From Eledone cirrhosa (taxonomy: Eukaryota): a stretch of 64,000 nt of DNA. Shown here piece by piece: positions 46,337 through 60,865 of this stretch (position 1 is its first letter; every line of letters starts with the position of its first letter). Made by a program: the position numbers and the translations under genes. The stretch is taken from NCBI GenBank assembly GCA_964016885.1, contig OZ024742.1, forward strand, positions 209,932,001 through 209,996,000. The letters run 5' to 3'. The notes under the pieces are model-generated. The model was not told the DNA's origin. It did not search any database and saw only the letters and a list, made by a program, of their open reading frames with translations.

Positions 46337-49300
46337 AGGAAATCCCCAATAGGGGGGAGGCGTTACACGGGGGTTGTACACACCCCGAAAAAATGTACAA
46401 CCCTCATCTCCAGGGGCACCACTTCCTCTTTTTCCTCAATCTACAGACTTATATAGAGAGAAGGCCCAACCACTCGGGCCATCTTTGCCACATTCACCCA
46501 CCTTTTATAAAATTTGCTGGGATACAGCACCTCTCTCTCCATCCTGATTCTTCTTCCAAGATGGTATTTGAAAAAGCGAATCAGTTGTTCGCCGGAGAGA
46601 AAGTGTCTGACCTCAACCCTTTTAACCTCGTCCACCATATAATCTCTTTTACCATAACGATAACACATAGGAAAACCGCCTCTCCTTCGTTTTTGAAGGA
46701 GGGTGGCCGTTTGATCATGACAGTGGACTCGGTGGTCAACTGGATTAGTCCGACCCGCGACAAAAGTCGTTCTACATAGCCCCACAGGTCGGTAACGCCC
46801 GGGAAGTGTACAAATGAGTGCGGTTTCTTCGTCTCGCACGCATCTAGGACAGATCTTTTTGAAGGGTCCCTGACCGGGCGCCCGTGTCTGTAGAGCTTGT
46901 CGCGAACTGGTAGAGCTCCTCGGTAGCACTACCAGGCCAGGGACTTTTGGAAGTTGTCCATCAGTCCCGGGCGAAAGGTCCTACCGAACAGACTGGCCAG
47001 TTGATCTTCCTTTACGCCCCGAGTTTCTCCGAGCGGGTCGTCGCACTTGCTGCGGACCAACCCTCTATAGAATAACGAAGTGGAGTCTCCACTGATCGCC
47101 AGGTCCATTTTCCAGAGGACATTCGATGTGCTAGTCGCCCATTTTCCTCGGTCTTTGCTTGAACCAGGACTGCAGCTCGGTCAGCGAGACGAATCGTGGG
47201 AAGGCTTGCCTCACGAACGGGGCTCACACCGGTTGTCCGGTGAGGAATACGTGGAGTTGCCGCAGCCACGGCATCCCCAGCCCTCCGTTTGAAGGGTGTT
47301 GGTAGCAGATGGATCTTCTCACCAAAGGAGCCCGTTTCTTCCAAAGGAATTGAAAGAGCTCGCGCTCCACTTTGGTGAGGGTTTTGGCTGGACAAGGCAC
47401 GACTGTCAAGCGGTAGTAGATGACGGACGCTATAAAAGTGTTCGCCACCTCCGCTCGACCTTTCAAGGATAGTTTGCACTCGGCCCACTTCTGGGTGAGC
47501 GCAAACAACTTGGCTATCACCTCGTTCCAGTTCTTCTCCACCTGGAGGTCCGGACCAAACCAGACCCCGAGCAGCTTTACCGGTCCTTCCGTCCAGCGTC
47601 CGACGACGCCATCGGAAGGCATCGGTTTGCTCTCCACGTTCCGAGTTGCAAACCGACGGATTTGTCCCGGTTCAGGTTCGCTCTTGTGAACCTTTCGTAT
47701 TCCTTCAGTAAGGTGCCGACCTCCCCGATTTGCGAGGTGCTCGACACCATTACTGTCACGTCGTCGGCGTAGGCCGACGCTGCTTTTCGCAGTCCCGGTT
47801 CCAAAGGTATGCCCTGCGATAACTCCAGCTTCCGCAGTAGTGGCTCGAGAGTCAGTACGTACAGAAGGGAGGAGAGATGTCATCCCTATTGGATGGATCG
47901 CGTGATATGGAACGGCTCCGAGAGGTAGCTGTTCACCTTGACCCTTGAGCAGATGTTGCTGCTGTACATTGCAGCAATCCAGCGCCTGAACACGGGTCCG
48001 AAGCCTGCCGCCTCGAGGACCGCATCCAGGTTACGATAGTCAACCCTATCGAAAGCCTTAGACTGATCAAAGTTGATCAGGGCCCCACCAAAGCTGGGTT
48101 TATACCCTACCCTCTCTATGATGTATCGCATGAGGTGGAGGTTGTCGTGTATGGACCTGGTCGGAATTGCGCATGTCTGCGCTTCTCCCACCAGGTTTTT
48201 GACGACAAGCGCCAGCCTCTTTGCCAACACCTTGGCCAAAATCTGTAACTCTGTGTTTAGCAGAGTTATGGGCCGGAAGTTGCCTATGTCATCCCCCTTA
48301 TTCTCGTCCTTCCTGACTAACCTGACTGCGCCCTTGGTCACAGAACTGGGAATTCTCCCGTTCTGCTGCCAGTTGCAGTAGACCGCTTCCAGGAGACCGG
48401 AGAACAAGTCCGGCATTGCTACGTAAAATTTGTAGGTAGACCATCGAGACCTGGAGATTTGCGTTTGCGGCATTGGCTCAGCGCGTCCCCTATCTCAGCG
48501 GCCGAAATCGACCTTTCGCAGAACTTCGCCTCGCTGTCCGAGAATCGCGACAGGCCGTCGAGGTATGGACCGAAATCCATAGCCCCTCCCGGCGCGCCGC
48601 CCTGCCCGAACAGTTGAGCAAAGTGCCGCTGAAAGGCCGCGCACATCTGCTTCGACTCACGTATCACGCGTCCGTCTTGGTCCTTCAAAGACCGAATCGT
48701 GAACTTGTTGCCGCTTTTCGCCTCCGTCACTCGGGTCCAGCTAACAGCTTTGGCTCCCTCGTTTCTCAGAGCGCGTATTTTGCTCCAGACAACGCAGCCT
48801 TCATGCTTTGCGTCGAAGAACTGGTCCAAGGCCGTTCTCATCGCTAGCACGCTGGCTACGTTGCCACTCCTAAATGCCTATTCTACTTTATCTACCAGTT
48901 CCTTTTCGGTCTTATTTCTATCTAACACTAATTCTTTACTAAAAACCTATCGAGTCTAATCTAACTGCCCTCTTGAGAGAGTACCACCATCTGTTGTTGA
49001 TAATGGCCCCTTGTCAAGTGCTGCTTAACTAAAGTGCTAATCCGTCTACTGTAGGCTTTGCATGTCGGTAACGACAAGTTCAGCTTCCAGTAGCCGGGTC
49101 CCTGTCTATGGGTTCTGTCATGGTTTACTAAGCAGGTCACTAGTTTGTGATCTGAATAGGCAACTATGAACATTTGTGGACAGCTTAACATGTCCCAATC
49201 ACTAACTCTAACTAGAAACCTATCTAGGTACGATCTAGATGTTCCGCTATGGTTGGTCTACGTCCCCAGTGACACAGTTGGAAAATCTAGTCGATGTCTA

Positions 49301-51363
49301 TCGGCCAGTTGAAATCGGCCGATTAAGTGTTTGAGGCTGTTACACACCCCTCTATCGGAACATGCTCCTACATAGTCCCAACGTGCATCTAGGATTCCAT
49401 TCCAGTCCCACACTAACAGCAGGGAGCGGGACGCTCCCAGAAAAGTCTCGAGACGTTTGAAGAAGTCTAGCTGTGGCGTCCCAGATGGGGCATATGCGGC
49501 CACCAGCCTGAAGGCTCCACCTTCACTACCGTCAACGTCTAAGACCACCAGTCGACCCTCCGGGTCCAGATGTACCGTCTGTGTTACGAGGTCCAGGTGT
49601 TTCCGCAGCAAAACGGCAACCCTACCCCCACCTCCCGGCTGACAGACAGATGCGTAGATCTCAAAGCCGTCGAAGATGGGGCCAATTGTCGCTCGCTGTG
49701 GATCCTGGACTCGCAAATGGCTACTACATCCATACTGTGCGACCTGAGGTCGTTTAAGAGTTTGCCCTGTTTCCATGGCATCCCCAGGCCGCGTACATTC
49801 ACACATCTAACTTTTATATTGGCCACGTTGGTGCTGAAAAGTTAAAAGAAGAGGAAAAGAAATCACTCACCTCTTCGTCTCCTGGGGACACCAGGCTGCA
49901 CAATTTCCATGGGGTTGTTGGAGGGGTTGTTTGGTGGGGTGGTGGTTTCTGGCGGGGGTGGGGATGGAGATGTTTGGTGGGGAGGGGCTGTCAGGTGGGG
50001 GTGGGGTGGGGAAACATTTCAAAACGCACGTCCTTAGGAAAGTTTTCTTTTAAAGATTTGTATGTGTCCATGGGGACCCTAATCATTTTTAAATTAGGCC
50101 CTTCCAGACAGTACGAAAAAGTTTTAATATTTACTTTTGGTTAAAATATTTACTTTTGGTTGGATGCACGACTCTCTTATTTTCTGTGTCCTTTTTCCCA
50201 TGTATGTGGAGACACAGAATATTTTTGTGCCGTCACTTGGTCTTTCATGAGGACCGAAATGCTGCAAAAAAGTTTACCTTTTTGTATGAAGGTAATGTCC
50301 TTCATTGAGTCTTTTAACACCAGTTCAATTTCATTATGAGTTTGCAGCATAGAGTTATGGCCCTTTATGATCTGAGTTCAAATCCCGCCAAGGTTAACTT
50401 TGCCTTTCATCCTTACAGGGTCGATAAAATAAAGTACCAGTAATGCACTGAGATAATTGCTGGCCTTGTGCCAAAAGTAGAAATAATTATGAGTTAATTG
50501 AACTGGTTTTCTTGTGACATTAGATACTGTTCTAAAAACTAATGTTCTTAAAACATTTTCTCTGCGTAACTGTTGGGGGGAAGTAATGCTGAAGGTACTA
50601 TTCTCCCCAAATGTCATGTGTTGTTTTGCATCTTCCAGTAACTCTAGCTTTAGTGATGTCGATTTGCGTGTAAATTTCCGTTTTGTTTTTACTGTTTGCG
50701 CAAACGATATTTTGCTGTTGTTGTTGGTGTTGGTGTCGTCATTGTTGTTGTTGTTCTTGTTGTTGTTGTTGTTGGTGTTGTTTTGGTTCGTGCCATTCAC
50801 AGTTTTCATGTTATTGGTGCTGGTGTTGTTGTCGTCAGTGTGTTTTTTAAACATATCGACGTTTTCAACGTCTTTCACTGAGGTGGTACGAGGAGGTGCC
50901 TTCGGGCTTGGCACTCTTACCGCCTCTCCACCACTTCTGTCTAATTGTTGACTGACAGTTTTGATGTTTTTGTTGTTGTTTTTGTTGTTGCTGGTGTTAC
51001 TGTTGTTGTTGGTGGTGGTGGTGGCTGTATTAGAGACAGCAGCAGGCGAGCAGACCCGACCTGCCACTAGCACTGTGGAAGGTGGAATTAGCAGCCCATC
51101 TCCACAATTTTCTAATATATTTTTTGAGAAGACAAGGTCAAGACATTTAACCATTTTGGCTATTTTCAAAATTTAAGTAGAAATTTTGTGGTATTTCTCC
51201 CTTTTTCGCCCTGATGGGTTTATTATTTGGGGTTGCTACAACCTACAATGTGTAGGGTGACAGCTTATCTACAGAACGTTGTAAAAATGTAAGTTCAGTT
51301 CATGTAATTTCCAACAAAATTCAAGCTTTTATTCACCAGCGGATTTTCCACGTGTGTTCATCT
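46337..51363 (-). mobile_element. degenerate Tx1-like LINE (E2) with an internal ORF1 deletion and a SINE insertion
   Basis: ORF2 remnants at 49826-46441. ORF1 lacks the knuckle region (deletion near 50170). The 5' end abuts GATA repeats. Confidence 0.92.
50343..50490 (+). mobile_element. 5'-truncated SINE family 1 inserted in ORF1 of E2
   Basis: SINE body with TSD ATTATGAGTT at 50333-50342 and 50486-50495. Confidence 0.92.
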
Positions 51364-51381
51364 AAGATAGATAGATAGATA

Positions 51382-51988
51382 AATTTCTTTATTAGCCACA
51401 AGGTCACAAAAGAAGGGGACAAATACAAATGGGGAGTTTACATACAGGTATATGAAAATAAAACTATTAATAAAATAACAAATAACCATTGATATCCACA
51501 ATGGGGGGAGGTGTTACACAGGGATTGTACACACCCCGAAAAAAATGTACAATCCTCATCTCCAGGAGCACCAAGGGCGAGTACTCTCTTTCCCTTTTTC
51601 CTCAACCTACAGGCTTATATAGAGAGAAGGCCCAACCACTCGGGCCATCTTTGCCACATTCACCCACCTTTTATAAAATTTATTGGGGTACAGCACCTCT
51701 CTCTCCATCCTGATTCTTCTTCCAAAATGATATTTGAAAAAACGAATCAGTTGTTCGCCGGAGAGAAAGGTGTCTGACCTCAGCCCTTTTAACCTCGTCC
51801 ACCATATAACCTCTTTCACCATAGCCATAACACATAGGAAAACCGCCTCTCCCTCGTTTTTGAAGGAGAGTGGCGGTTTGATCATGACAATGGACTCGGT
51901 AGTCAACCGGATTGGTCCCACCCGCGACAATAGTCGTTCTACATAGCCCCACAGGTCGGTAACGCCCGGGCAGTATACAAATGCGTGC
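51382..51988 (-). mobile_element. 5'-truncated Tx1-like copy (F), close to E2
   Basis: ORF2 C-terminus plus 3' UTR, highly similar to 46340-46815 and flanked by GATA repeats. Confidence 0.92.
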
Positions 51989-52001
51989 AATACAAAGACA
52001 T

Positions 52002-52065
<64 letters not shown>

Positions 52066-52988
52066 TGTTTCTTTTATTTGCCACAAGGGCATCAAAAGTG
52101 GGACAAGTACAATGGGGGGAGTTTACAAAACAAGGCGTCCTCAATAGGGAGGAGGCAATAACAATATATAAAAATAAAATAAAATATAACAAAAAATAGA
52201 ATTATAACAAAATCCTCGATAGAGGATTTTGTTATAAAATATAACAAAAAATAAAATTTATAACAAAATCCTCAATAGAGAGGAGGCGCCTTGGGGGGTC
52301 GCACACACCCCCGAAAAAAGTGTGCAACCCTTTTCCTCAGGAGCACAGAGAGGGGGGTGCTCCCTCGTTCCTTCCTTTTTTCCACCTACAGGCTTATGTA
52401 AAGAGAAGGCCCATTCACACGGGCCATTCTCGCCACTTTCACCCACCTTTCATAAAAACGACTGGGGTGCAGCACCTCTCTCTCCATCCTGATCCTTCTT
52501 CCGAAATGATATCGGAAGAAACGGACCAGTTGTTGGCCAGAGAGAAAGGTGCCTGACCTCAGTCCTTTCAGACGCGTCCACCATACAACCTCTTTCGCCA
52601 TGGCTATTACGCACAGAAACACCGCCTCTGCTTCATCTTTGAAGGGGGGAGGCGGCTTGATCATTACAATAGACTCGGTGGTCAACCGGATCGGTCCCAC
52701 CCTTGACAGCAGTTGTTCGACATAGCCCCACAGATCGGCTACGCCCGAGCAGTGTACCAATGCGTGTGCAACGGTTTCCTCGTCGCACACGCATCTGGGA
52801 CAGATCTTTTTGGCGGGGTCCCTACCCGGGTGCCCGTGTCTGTAGAGCCTTTCTCGAACGGGTAAAGCTCCTCGGTAGCACTGCCAGGCCAGGGACTTCT
52901 GGAAGTTGTCCATAGGTCCCGGGATGAATGTCCTACCGAACAGGCCGGCCAGTTCGTCCTCCTCCATGTCTAGGGCTTCTCCGAGGGC

Positions 52989-52989
<1 letters not shown>
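52066..52989 (-). mobile_element. 5'-truncated Tx1-like copy (G), near-identical to copy C
   Basis: The 193-aa ORF2 C-terminus differs from copy C at only a few residues. There is a ~55-bp tandem duplication in the 3' UTR and (GATA)n on both sides. Confidence 0.95.
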
Positions 52990-53084
<95 letters not shown>

Positions 53085-53888
53085 AAGTTTGTACGACTCA
53101 GTGTTGGTTTGTGAAATTGTGTTTGAATGTACAAAAGTGTGTGTCTATGTGTGTGTCTCTGTGTCCGTATGTACGTCACTCTGTATGCATGCGTTCGTCT
53201 GTGTTTGTGCGTGCGTGGCTGTGTGCAATAATGCGAATGGAATGCTATGTATTGATAATCAGGTTAGTCTCCCGATTTGGTTCCTGCCAGACTGAGACCC
53301 AATTTAATCATATATAATTTAATAAATTCTCATTTATTTTGCAGGAATCTTGCAAGATGAAGTGAGATTTTCTTTTTAAATCATTCCTGAAATATAGAAA
53401 CTAAATTATACTGGCCGTCATCGTGGTCATCATGGACGTCGTCATCATCAACAGTAACAACAAGAATATCATGATATTGCCATCATCATCATTGTTACCA
53501 TTTCAATGTTATCGTAATAATTATCAGCCTCTTCACAACCATCAATGTTATCAGCATTGCCATAATGATCAACCTCCTCCTCATCATCATCATCATCATC
53601 TACAGCAGCAGCATCACCACTACCATATTCATTGTCACCATCATATTGATTATGGCAACCTACACTATCATCAATGGCTAACGAGATATCCTGAAATAGC
53701 AGCCAAGTCACCCTCAAATTATACACCAATATCTTAAGTAATGATGCCCTAGGTCCAGTATATGTGTAAACAAAAACAGAGTGGTAACGGGTGAAATTAT
53801 TTTGAACATAGGTCTTTTGGACCACATTTAGAAGTCTGCTGTCATCTTTATAGTCATCATTATTATTATCGTCCCTATTACCACCCGA

Positions 53889-54080
53889 GGGTGGTGGATT
53901 GGCAGTATCGGTAGAGAGTCGGACGCCATGCTTTCCAGCATAGTTACGTCCCTTTACGATCTGAGTTCAAATCCCGCCGAGGTTGACTTTGCCTTTCATC
54001 CTTACGGGGTCGATAAAATAAAGTACCAGTAATGCACTGGGTAATTGCTGGCCTTGTGCCTAAAGTAGAAACAATTATTA
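53889..54080 (+). mobile_element. full-length SINE family 1
   Basis: A and B boxes, with flanking direct repeat ATTATTATCGTCCCTATT. Confidence 0.92.
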
Positions 54081-55547
54081 TTATCGTCCCTATTCCATCA
54101 TCATCATTCGCAGCAGCATCACTAACAACAGTAGCAGTAGCACCATCATAAAGATGTGTACGTTTGCTGAAAGGGGGAGGCATCCCATTAGTGCTTGTGA
54201 AGTCATATTTGCTTTGTTTGAAAACAAAAATAAGAGACTCGGTTTAACTCACGTGTAAATTGCAGAAAAATCCGTCTTCGGTATTCTAGAGTAAAAAAAA
54301 ATAACTTACTGTGAGGAAATGTGTTAAATAAAGCTTCACTGAATTTAAAACAGTAGGGGCTTACCCAATTTAACACACCTACCTGATTCTTGAATGCCTT
54401 TAGTTGAGTGAACATTATTGCAAACCTTCACTGCACAAGTCTTTCCTGACTCTTTTGTTGGACATAGGCCACACCAATTTCATCATTCTAAGAGGCTTTC
54501 ATGGTCACTGCTGCTACTCCTCTGATTAACTTGTAATAAAATAACGCAATTACTTAAGTATTGCTAATATACAGCATACTGAATTATTGTAGCTCCTATA
54601 TAACTCCTTATAATATATACTGACGTGTACCGTGTTTTAGGGGAAAAGATTAACTGGGATTGTATTGCACGTCCACTGCTAAACATAAATTTCGAAATCT
54701 TCAAGAGTAATGAGAAAGGAGAAATGGTTGGGTACCCGACGGAATTCTACCCTAACAGAATTTCAACTCAGACAGATGTAATTGAATTCAATTACATCTG
54801 TCTGAGTTGAAATTATGTTAGGGTAGAATTTGATTCTTATGTTTGTGCAATAAAAAATATCAATCTTATGGTGGAACTCAATAAAAAAAGGTTGGTCATT
54901 TATGAGGTTGGTTTAATAGAATGTGCTCTTCGCCAAATAGTGTGGCCTTGTGCCAATATTGGAAATCAATATTCTGTATAGCCAAAAAAATGTCTTTCTT
55001 TTACTTTTAAGGTCAACCTTACTTTCAATTCATGCGCAGTCAATAAAATAAGAATCATTCAAGTAGTTAGGTTGATGTAATCAACTGTTCCTCTAACTCT
55101 CAACAACAAAAATAAAATCATAATGGTTTATAGCAGTGGCTCTCAACCATTTGAAATTCTCCACAGACTTCTCACTACAATTCATCCCCTCGCAGATTGT
55201 TGTACGACTTTATTTGATTATATTTTAATGTTTATTCTTATTCTTATCTTCCTCATCCCTTTTTTCCCAATCCTTATTTGTATTCTTCTCTACATCCCCT
55301 TCTCCCTCTCCACCTTCTTCAGATGATAATTCTTCGTCATTGCTCCAATTTATTTTATTTTGACGTTTATATTTCCTCTAATGGCAACGCCTTTATATAA
55401 CAAGATCATTTTATTTCCAAAACTGTGAGCTGGTTACATTCAATTGATGTTAAATATTTGCTTTCATTTTTTTTTGCGCGCGAACATGCACAAACACATA
55501 CTTATATATGGGGGTTTTCACGAGTGTGTCTATGTACGTATATATAC

Positions 55548-55549
<2 letters not shown>

Positions 55550-55634
<85 letters not shown>

Positions 55635-55667
55635 CGTGTGTGCATATGCATGTGTATATATATATAT

Positions 55668-55730
<63 letters not shown>
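55550..55730. repeat. (TG)n(TA)n(GA)n compound microsatellite
   Basis: Direct inspection. Confidence 0.95.
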
Positions 55731-55734
<4 letters not shown>

Positions 55735-56679
55735 CGGGATTCCATGTATATGTCTACACACGTATATGCATATATGATTGCATATATTTATATTTTCTCT
55801 TCATATTGAGTGTTTGTGTACATGTCTGTGTGTGTAAACAATAACTGCCGATAACATTTAAATCTATTGCTTACGTACGTACTATCAACATTGAAATAGA
55901 AGAAAATAGTTATTTAAGTGAATATTTTGTGAAAATATATGAAAGTACACTACTCTTAAAGAAATTCCATGGCCAAGTTAATAAATTGGAAATTTTAGCA
56001 AATTATTTGCCATTGTGGGTAATATCGTATCCTGGCAACGTTCCATCAAACGTCTTATTCAATTCGACAGCAATCTACATTTAAATTTCTAATTGACCGA
56101 TATATCGGAATGGTGAAAAGTTAAAAACACTTTTAAAGCCAGATATCATTGGCCTTTTGTTGTTCAATAATTTACGTTTTCACATTTCTTTTTTTTTTTA
56201 ACTTATTGCATAGATTAAAAACATATAAGTTGAGGAAAGGAAAAGTGCCAATTTTTCCGGGAGGAATCAATTCTACTATATTATAGAAAAGGCACCTTCC
56301 CAAAACATTATAGTTTGTGATTTGAAAAGCTTAAAAAACTGGAAACGTTCTGTCATTGAAAATATTGAAAATCATCGGTGGTTATAATTTAAAATACTGC
56401 ACAGACAAATAATTTCAACTTACTTACTGAAAGGACAACCATCATCTCTCAGAAAAGACCAACAGATGAGCCATTTAATAACCGGTCCCTCAATCTTCTA
56501 CCGGTAGTCTATAAATTGTATTTCAATGTATAATCCAACAGATGATTTAGCATTTATAATACAAAATTATCTAATTCCAGTTCTTTTGTAGATTCACACT
56601 CATGCTAAGGCATGTACAGACACGCAACCAAACTCACATATGTGCGTATGTGTGTGCGTGTGCGTGTGCGTGTGTGCGC

Positions 56680-56729
<50 letters not shown>

Positions 56730-57035
56730 GTGTGTGTGTACACTTTATTTACTACTAAATCTAACGATATTTTTAAGTTGCTTGTTTCTGAACGTCAGGC
56801 GGACACTGGTGAGAGTCAATATTGCGTTAGCAATACATAATAGCCGATAGATTGGTTGAAGGTGTTGGCCTTTTTTCAAATAGATATTCATCGAATGTGG
56901 CGTGAATTGTTACTAGTTCAATGGAGCTAGTGATACAGGGCTTATTCAAGGGATTTGTTCAACAGCAAGTAAAAGTATCTATTGGAAGGTTATACACACA
57001 CATATATACAAATATGTGTGTCTGTTTTTTCTTAC

Positions 57036-57093
<58 letters not shown>

Positions 57094-57104
57094 TATTTAA
57101 CTTT

Positions 57105-57425
57105 TAAAGAATGTGGCCGATTATGTTCAAGTAAGGCAGGCCTTAGAATTATCAAAGAAGCCACATGCACCAGGACCCTGTCAACCATGCACTGTACGGC
57201 ATTTCTGTTTGCAGGGAGTATAGAAAAGAATGTGCTTCATTTAATGGACTGAAACCTTATATGAAAGTGCACCAAAGCGGCATAGCAACGCCTACTGCGC
57301 GAGGCCCTGATCGTTGCTGTGTCTGTGCAAAGATATGTGGGTCCCTAGTGGGATTGAAAAACAACGTTCGTGCTTGAGAGGAATGTTAAGTGATGGCATT
57401 GCTCTAAATCGAGTCCGACCATCAT
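57105..57425 (+). mobile_element. old RTE-like 3' fragment with C2H2-like fingers
   Basis: Reads KECGRLCSSKAGL, SVCREYRKECASFNGLKPYMKVH and CCVCAKICGSLVGLKNNVRA, similar to the C-terminus of the RTE at 2.0-2.3 kb. Confidence 0.6.
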
Positions 57426-57585
57426 ATATATACATATATATATATACTTGTGTTAATGACAGATATATATGTGTGTGTGTGTGTGTGAGTGTGTTTGCAT
57501 GTGCGTATGTGTGTGTATATAAACGGTAAACAGAAATAACAAAATTAACAAAACAAACGACACAGTACATCGAAGAAATATATCT

Positions 57586-58473
<888 letters not shown>

Positions 58474-58597
58474 TAGTATTTCAGAATTATTAATCAATCA
58501 ACAGTGACGCTTATTCACTCGGTACTGAAGCAGAGAAGTTAGTGCTTCTCAAATATAGATTTAGATATATATAAGAAACATTATTTTCTCCACCTCT

Positions 58598-58790
58598 TGG
58601 TGGTGAATTGGTAGTATCGGTAGAGGGTTGGACGCCATGCTTTGATGCATAGAGTTGCGGCCCTTGCCATTCTGAGTTCAAATCCCGCCTAGGTTAACTT
58701 TGCCTTTCATCCTTACGGGGTCGATAAAATAAAGTACCAGTAATGCACTGGGATAATTGCTGGCCTTGTGCCAAAAGTAGAAACAATTAT
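58598..58790 (+). mobile_element. full-length SINE family 1
   Basis: A and B boxes, with TSD ATTATTTTCTCCACCTCT. Confidence 0.92.
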
Positions 58791-58804
58791 TTTCTCCACC
58801 TCTG

Positions 58805-59305
58805 TTCCGAGCGAGTAGGTGTCATTAATGATGGATAAGCACTCTTGAAATATATCAAGAAGGGTACAATTGGTGAGGGAGGCACCGAATTGAACCAAGC
58901 ACCACTGTTTGGTTGCGTGGCGGAGCGAAGGCAGGGAAGACGGTGTTTCTCCAAGGAAGACTCGATCCGCCTGAACGTGGACTTGCGCTTGACATAGTTC
59001 CAGTTACGTTGAACATCAGTATACTGTGGCACGACAAGGCGTTCGTCGGTCCAATCATCCAGAGCTGACTCCAGCTCCCAGGCCACGTCAGGTTCTCTCG
59101 TCCTGCGGAGGATCTCGTTGATGAGGGCGTATCTGGGGGAGATTGAGGAGAGATAGACCGGCAGCGCTAACTCAAGTGTGGATCGGAGACCGAAGCCTCC
59201 GAATCTCATGGAGTTTCGCCTGTTGCCAGCTGGTGCTGTCAAAGCTAATATTGACGATGAGTTCAGCACAACGTCGGATTGTGGCATCGAGTTCGACGAG
59301 GGGAT
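58805..59305 (-). mobile_element. CRE-clade-like non-LTR fragment (post-RT region)
   Basis: MRFGGFGLRS..LALPVYLSS and RSATQPNSGAWFNSVP resemble the GGLGLRS..ALPAFLSS and SGAWLNALP motifs recalled from CRE-type elements; a search is needed to confirm. Confidence 0.65.
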
Positions 59306-59349
59306 CTGCTAGAGGGTGGCAAAACATTATGTATAGGCTTCCATATATG

Positions 59350-59404
<55 letters not shown>

Positions 59405-59829
59405 CATTTTTCTGTTCATCACATAGAAGAGAAATGTGTTTACTAACCTAAGCCCATTCAACATTTGTAACATTATTTAAAGGAAAAAGGAAATGTAATT
59501 ATAACGCATCAGTTAGAAATGGGTTTCTACCGTCTTATTTCCAAAAATTAGTTTGTAAACAGCAAAATCATAAGAAACTTATGCAGCAATTATTAAATTT
59601 CAAGTATGTCAAAAAATCATTAGTTGTTTCGGTGATCATTAGATGGTTATTACTGCAGTTTTTATGGCAACTAATATTTCGCGCACTCAGATTCAATGAA
59701 TTCTCAGACATTATAATTATCAACAAATGTGAAAATACTTATATATAATTTCGATTATAAACTAGGGATTTCACCCATCGTATGCTTCAATAACACTTCA
59801 ATAACGTGTTATTATTATATATCAAGGAA

Positions 59830-60235
59830 GGGGCGATGGATTTGGTAGATTCGTTAGAACGCCAGACAAAATATTTTGCGACTCTTACGTTCAAATCCCA
59901 TCGAGATTAACTTTGCCTTTCATCCTTCTACATCGATAAAAGTCCCAATTTAGTACTGGGGTCGATTTAACAGACACTCACCTTCGCTAAAATTGCTGCC
60001 CTTGTGCCTAAATTTAAAAACAACATTTTGAGGGTGATTGCGTTTGAAAAAATGCTTTGTGGTATTTGGTTACGACTTTCTACCTTCTGAGTTGAAATCC
60101 CGCCGAGGTCAGCTTTGCCTTTCATCCTTTCAAAGTCGATAAAATAGAGCACCAGTTAAGTACTGGGAGTTAATATAACCGACTTTCCCTTCCCTCAAGT
60201 TTCTGGCCTTGTTTCAATGCTAGAAATAATTATTA
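59830..60235 (+). mobile_element. two older SINE family-1-related copies in tandem
   Basis: GTTCAAATCCC..CTTTGCCTTTCATCCTT..TCGATAAAA..GTACTGGG..GCCTTGT occurs twice. Confidence 0.8.
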
Positions 60236-60689
60236 TATGACAAAGCCTAACTGCTAAATACTTTGTTTTTAGAGGCCATCGGGTCTCGAACGAGAAAGTA
60301 AATAGCTGCTTTGATATGCCACATGTATACCACCTCGAAGGCTTTGGGTTCAAATCAGGCATTTCGTTTTATTTTTGGACAGAGCAACACACTTAATAAT
60401 TTTACGTGTCTTAATACGAACCAAATACGTGATCGACGTGCTAGATATCGCAGCCAAATGGTCCTCAAATCTCGTCTTGTCATGGTAAAAATGTGTTTAA
60501 TTGATTCATCTCCACATTGGACACACTCAAGAAATGATATTTCCTCGCTATTCCTTTTATTGGATACAATTAGCTTATCACTTAACACATCAAATTTGAA
60601 GTCCGACCATTGAATACATTATAAATATTCTAGAAGTGTGTGGCTGTGACAGCAGATTATAAAAATGCACAATGCGAGAAAATGATTTT

Positions 60690-60865
60690 TCTCCATTCCA
60701 TCACAGAGTTAAACCCCAGCTATGGCTAGTACTCATTTTCAACTGAATAAACTTGAGCAACATGCAATGCAGCATTTTGCTTAAGAACACAACGCACCAC
60801 TTGATCCAGGAATCGAACTCACGGCATTATCATCGCAAGTCCAACACCTTGACCTCTACGCCACA
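60690..60865 (-). mobile_element. old tRNA-headed CORE-like SINE
   Basis: The reverse strand has TGGCGTAGAGG (A box), GAGTTCGATTCC (B box) and GCGTTGTGTTCTTAAGCAA (CORE-like). It is related to 23567-23685. Confidence 0.7.

Noticed and set aside
27877-49845. Recurrent plus-strand ORFs (MFATSARPF..., MIRAPPK...)
   Set aside because: Antisense shadows of GC-rich, conserved ORF2 codons, with no independent coding signal.
26836-52989. Unistrand (flamenco-like) piRNA cluster
   Set aside because: Uniform orientation is explained more simply by strand-specific insertion in (GATA)n, and only one clade is present in the array. It cannot be excluded without small-RNA data.
26836-52989. Array formed by tandem segmental duplication
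   Set aside because: Adjacent copies belong to different subfamilies, have independent 5' truncations, and copy A has its own TSD.
53345-53361. Possible 17-nt microexon (ttattttgcag|...|gtgaga)
   Set aside because: Splice-like flanks only; not a multiple of three and no partner exons identified.
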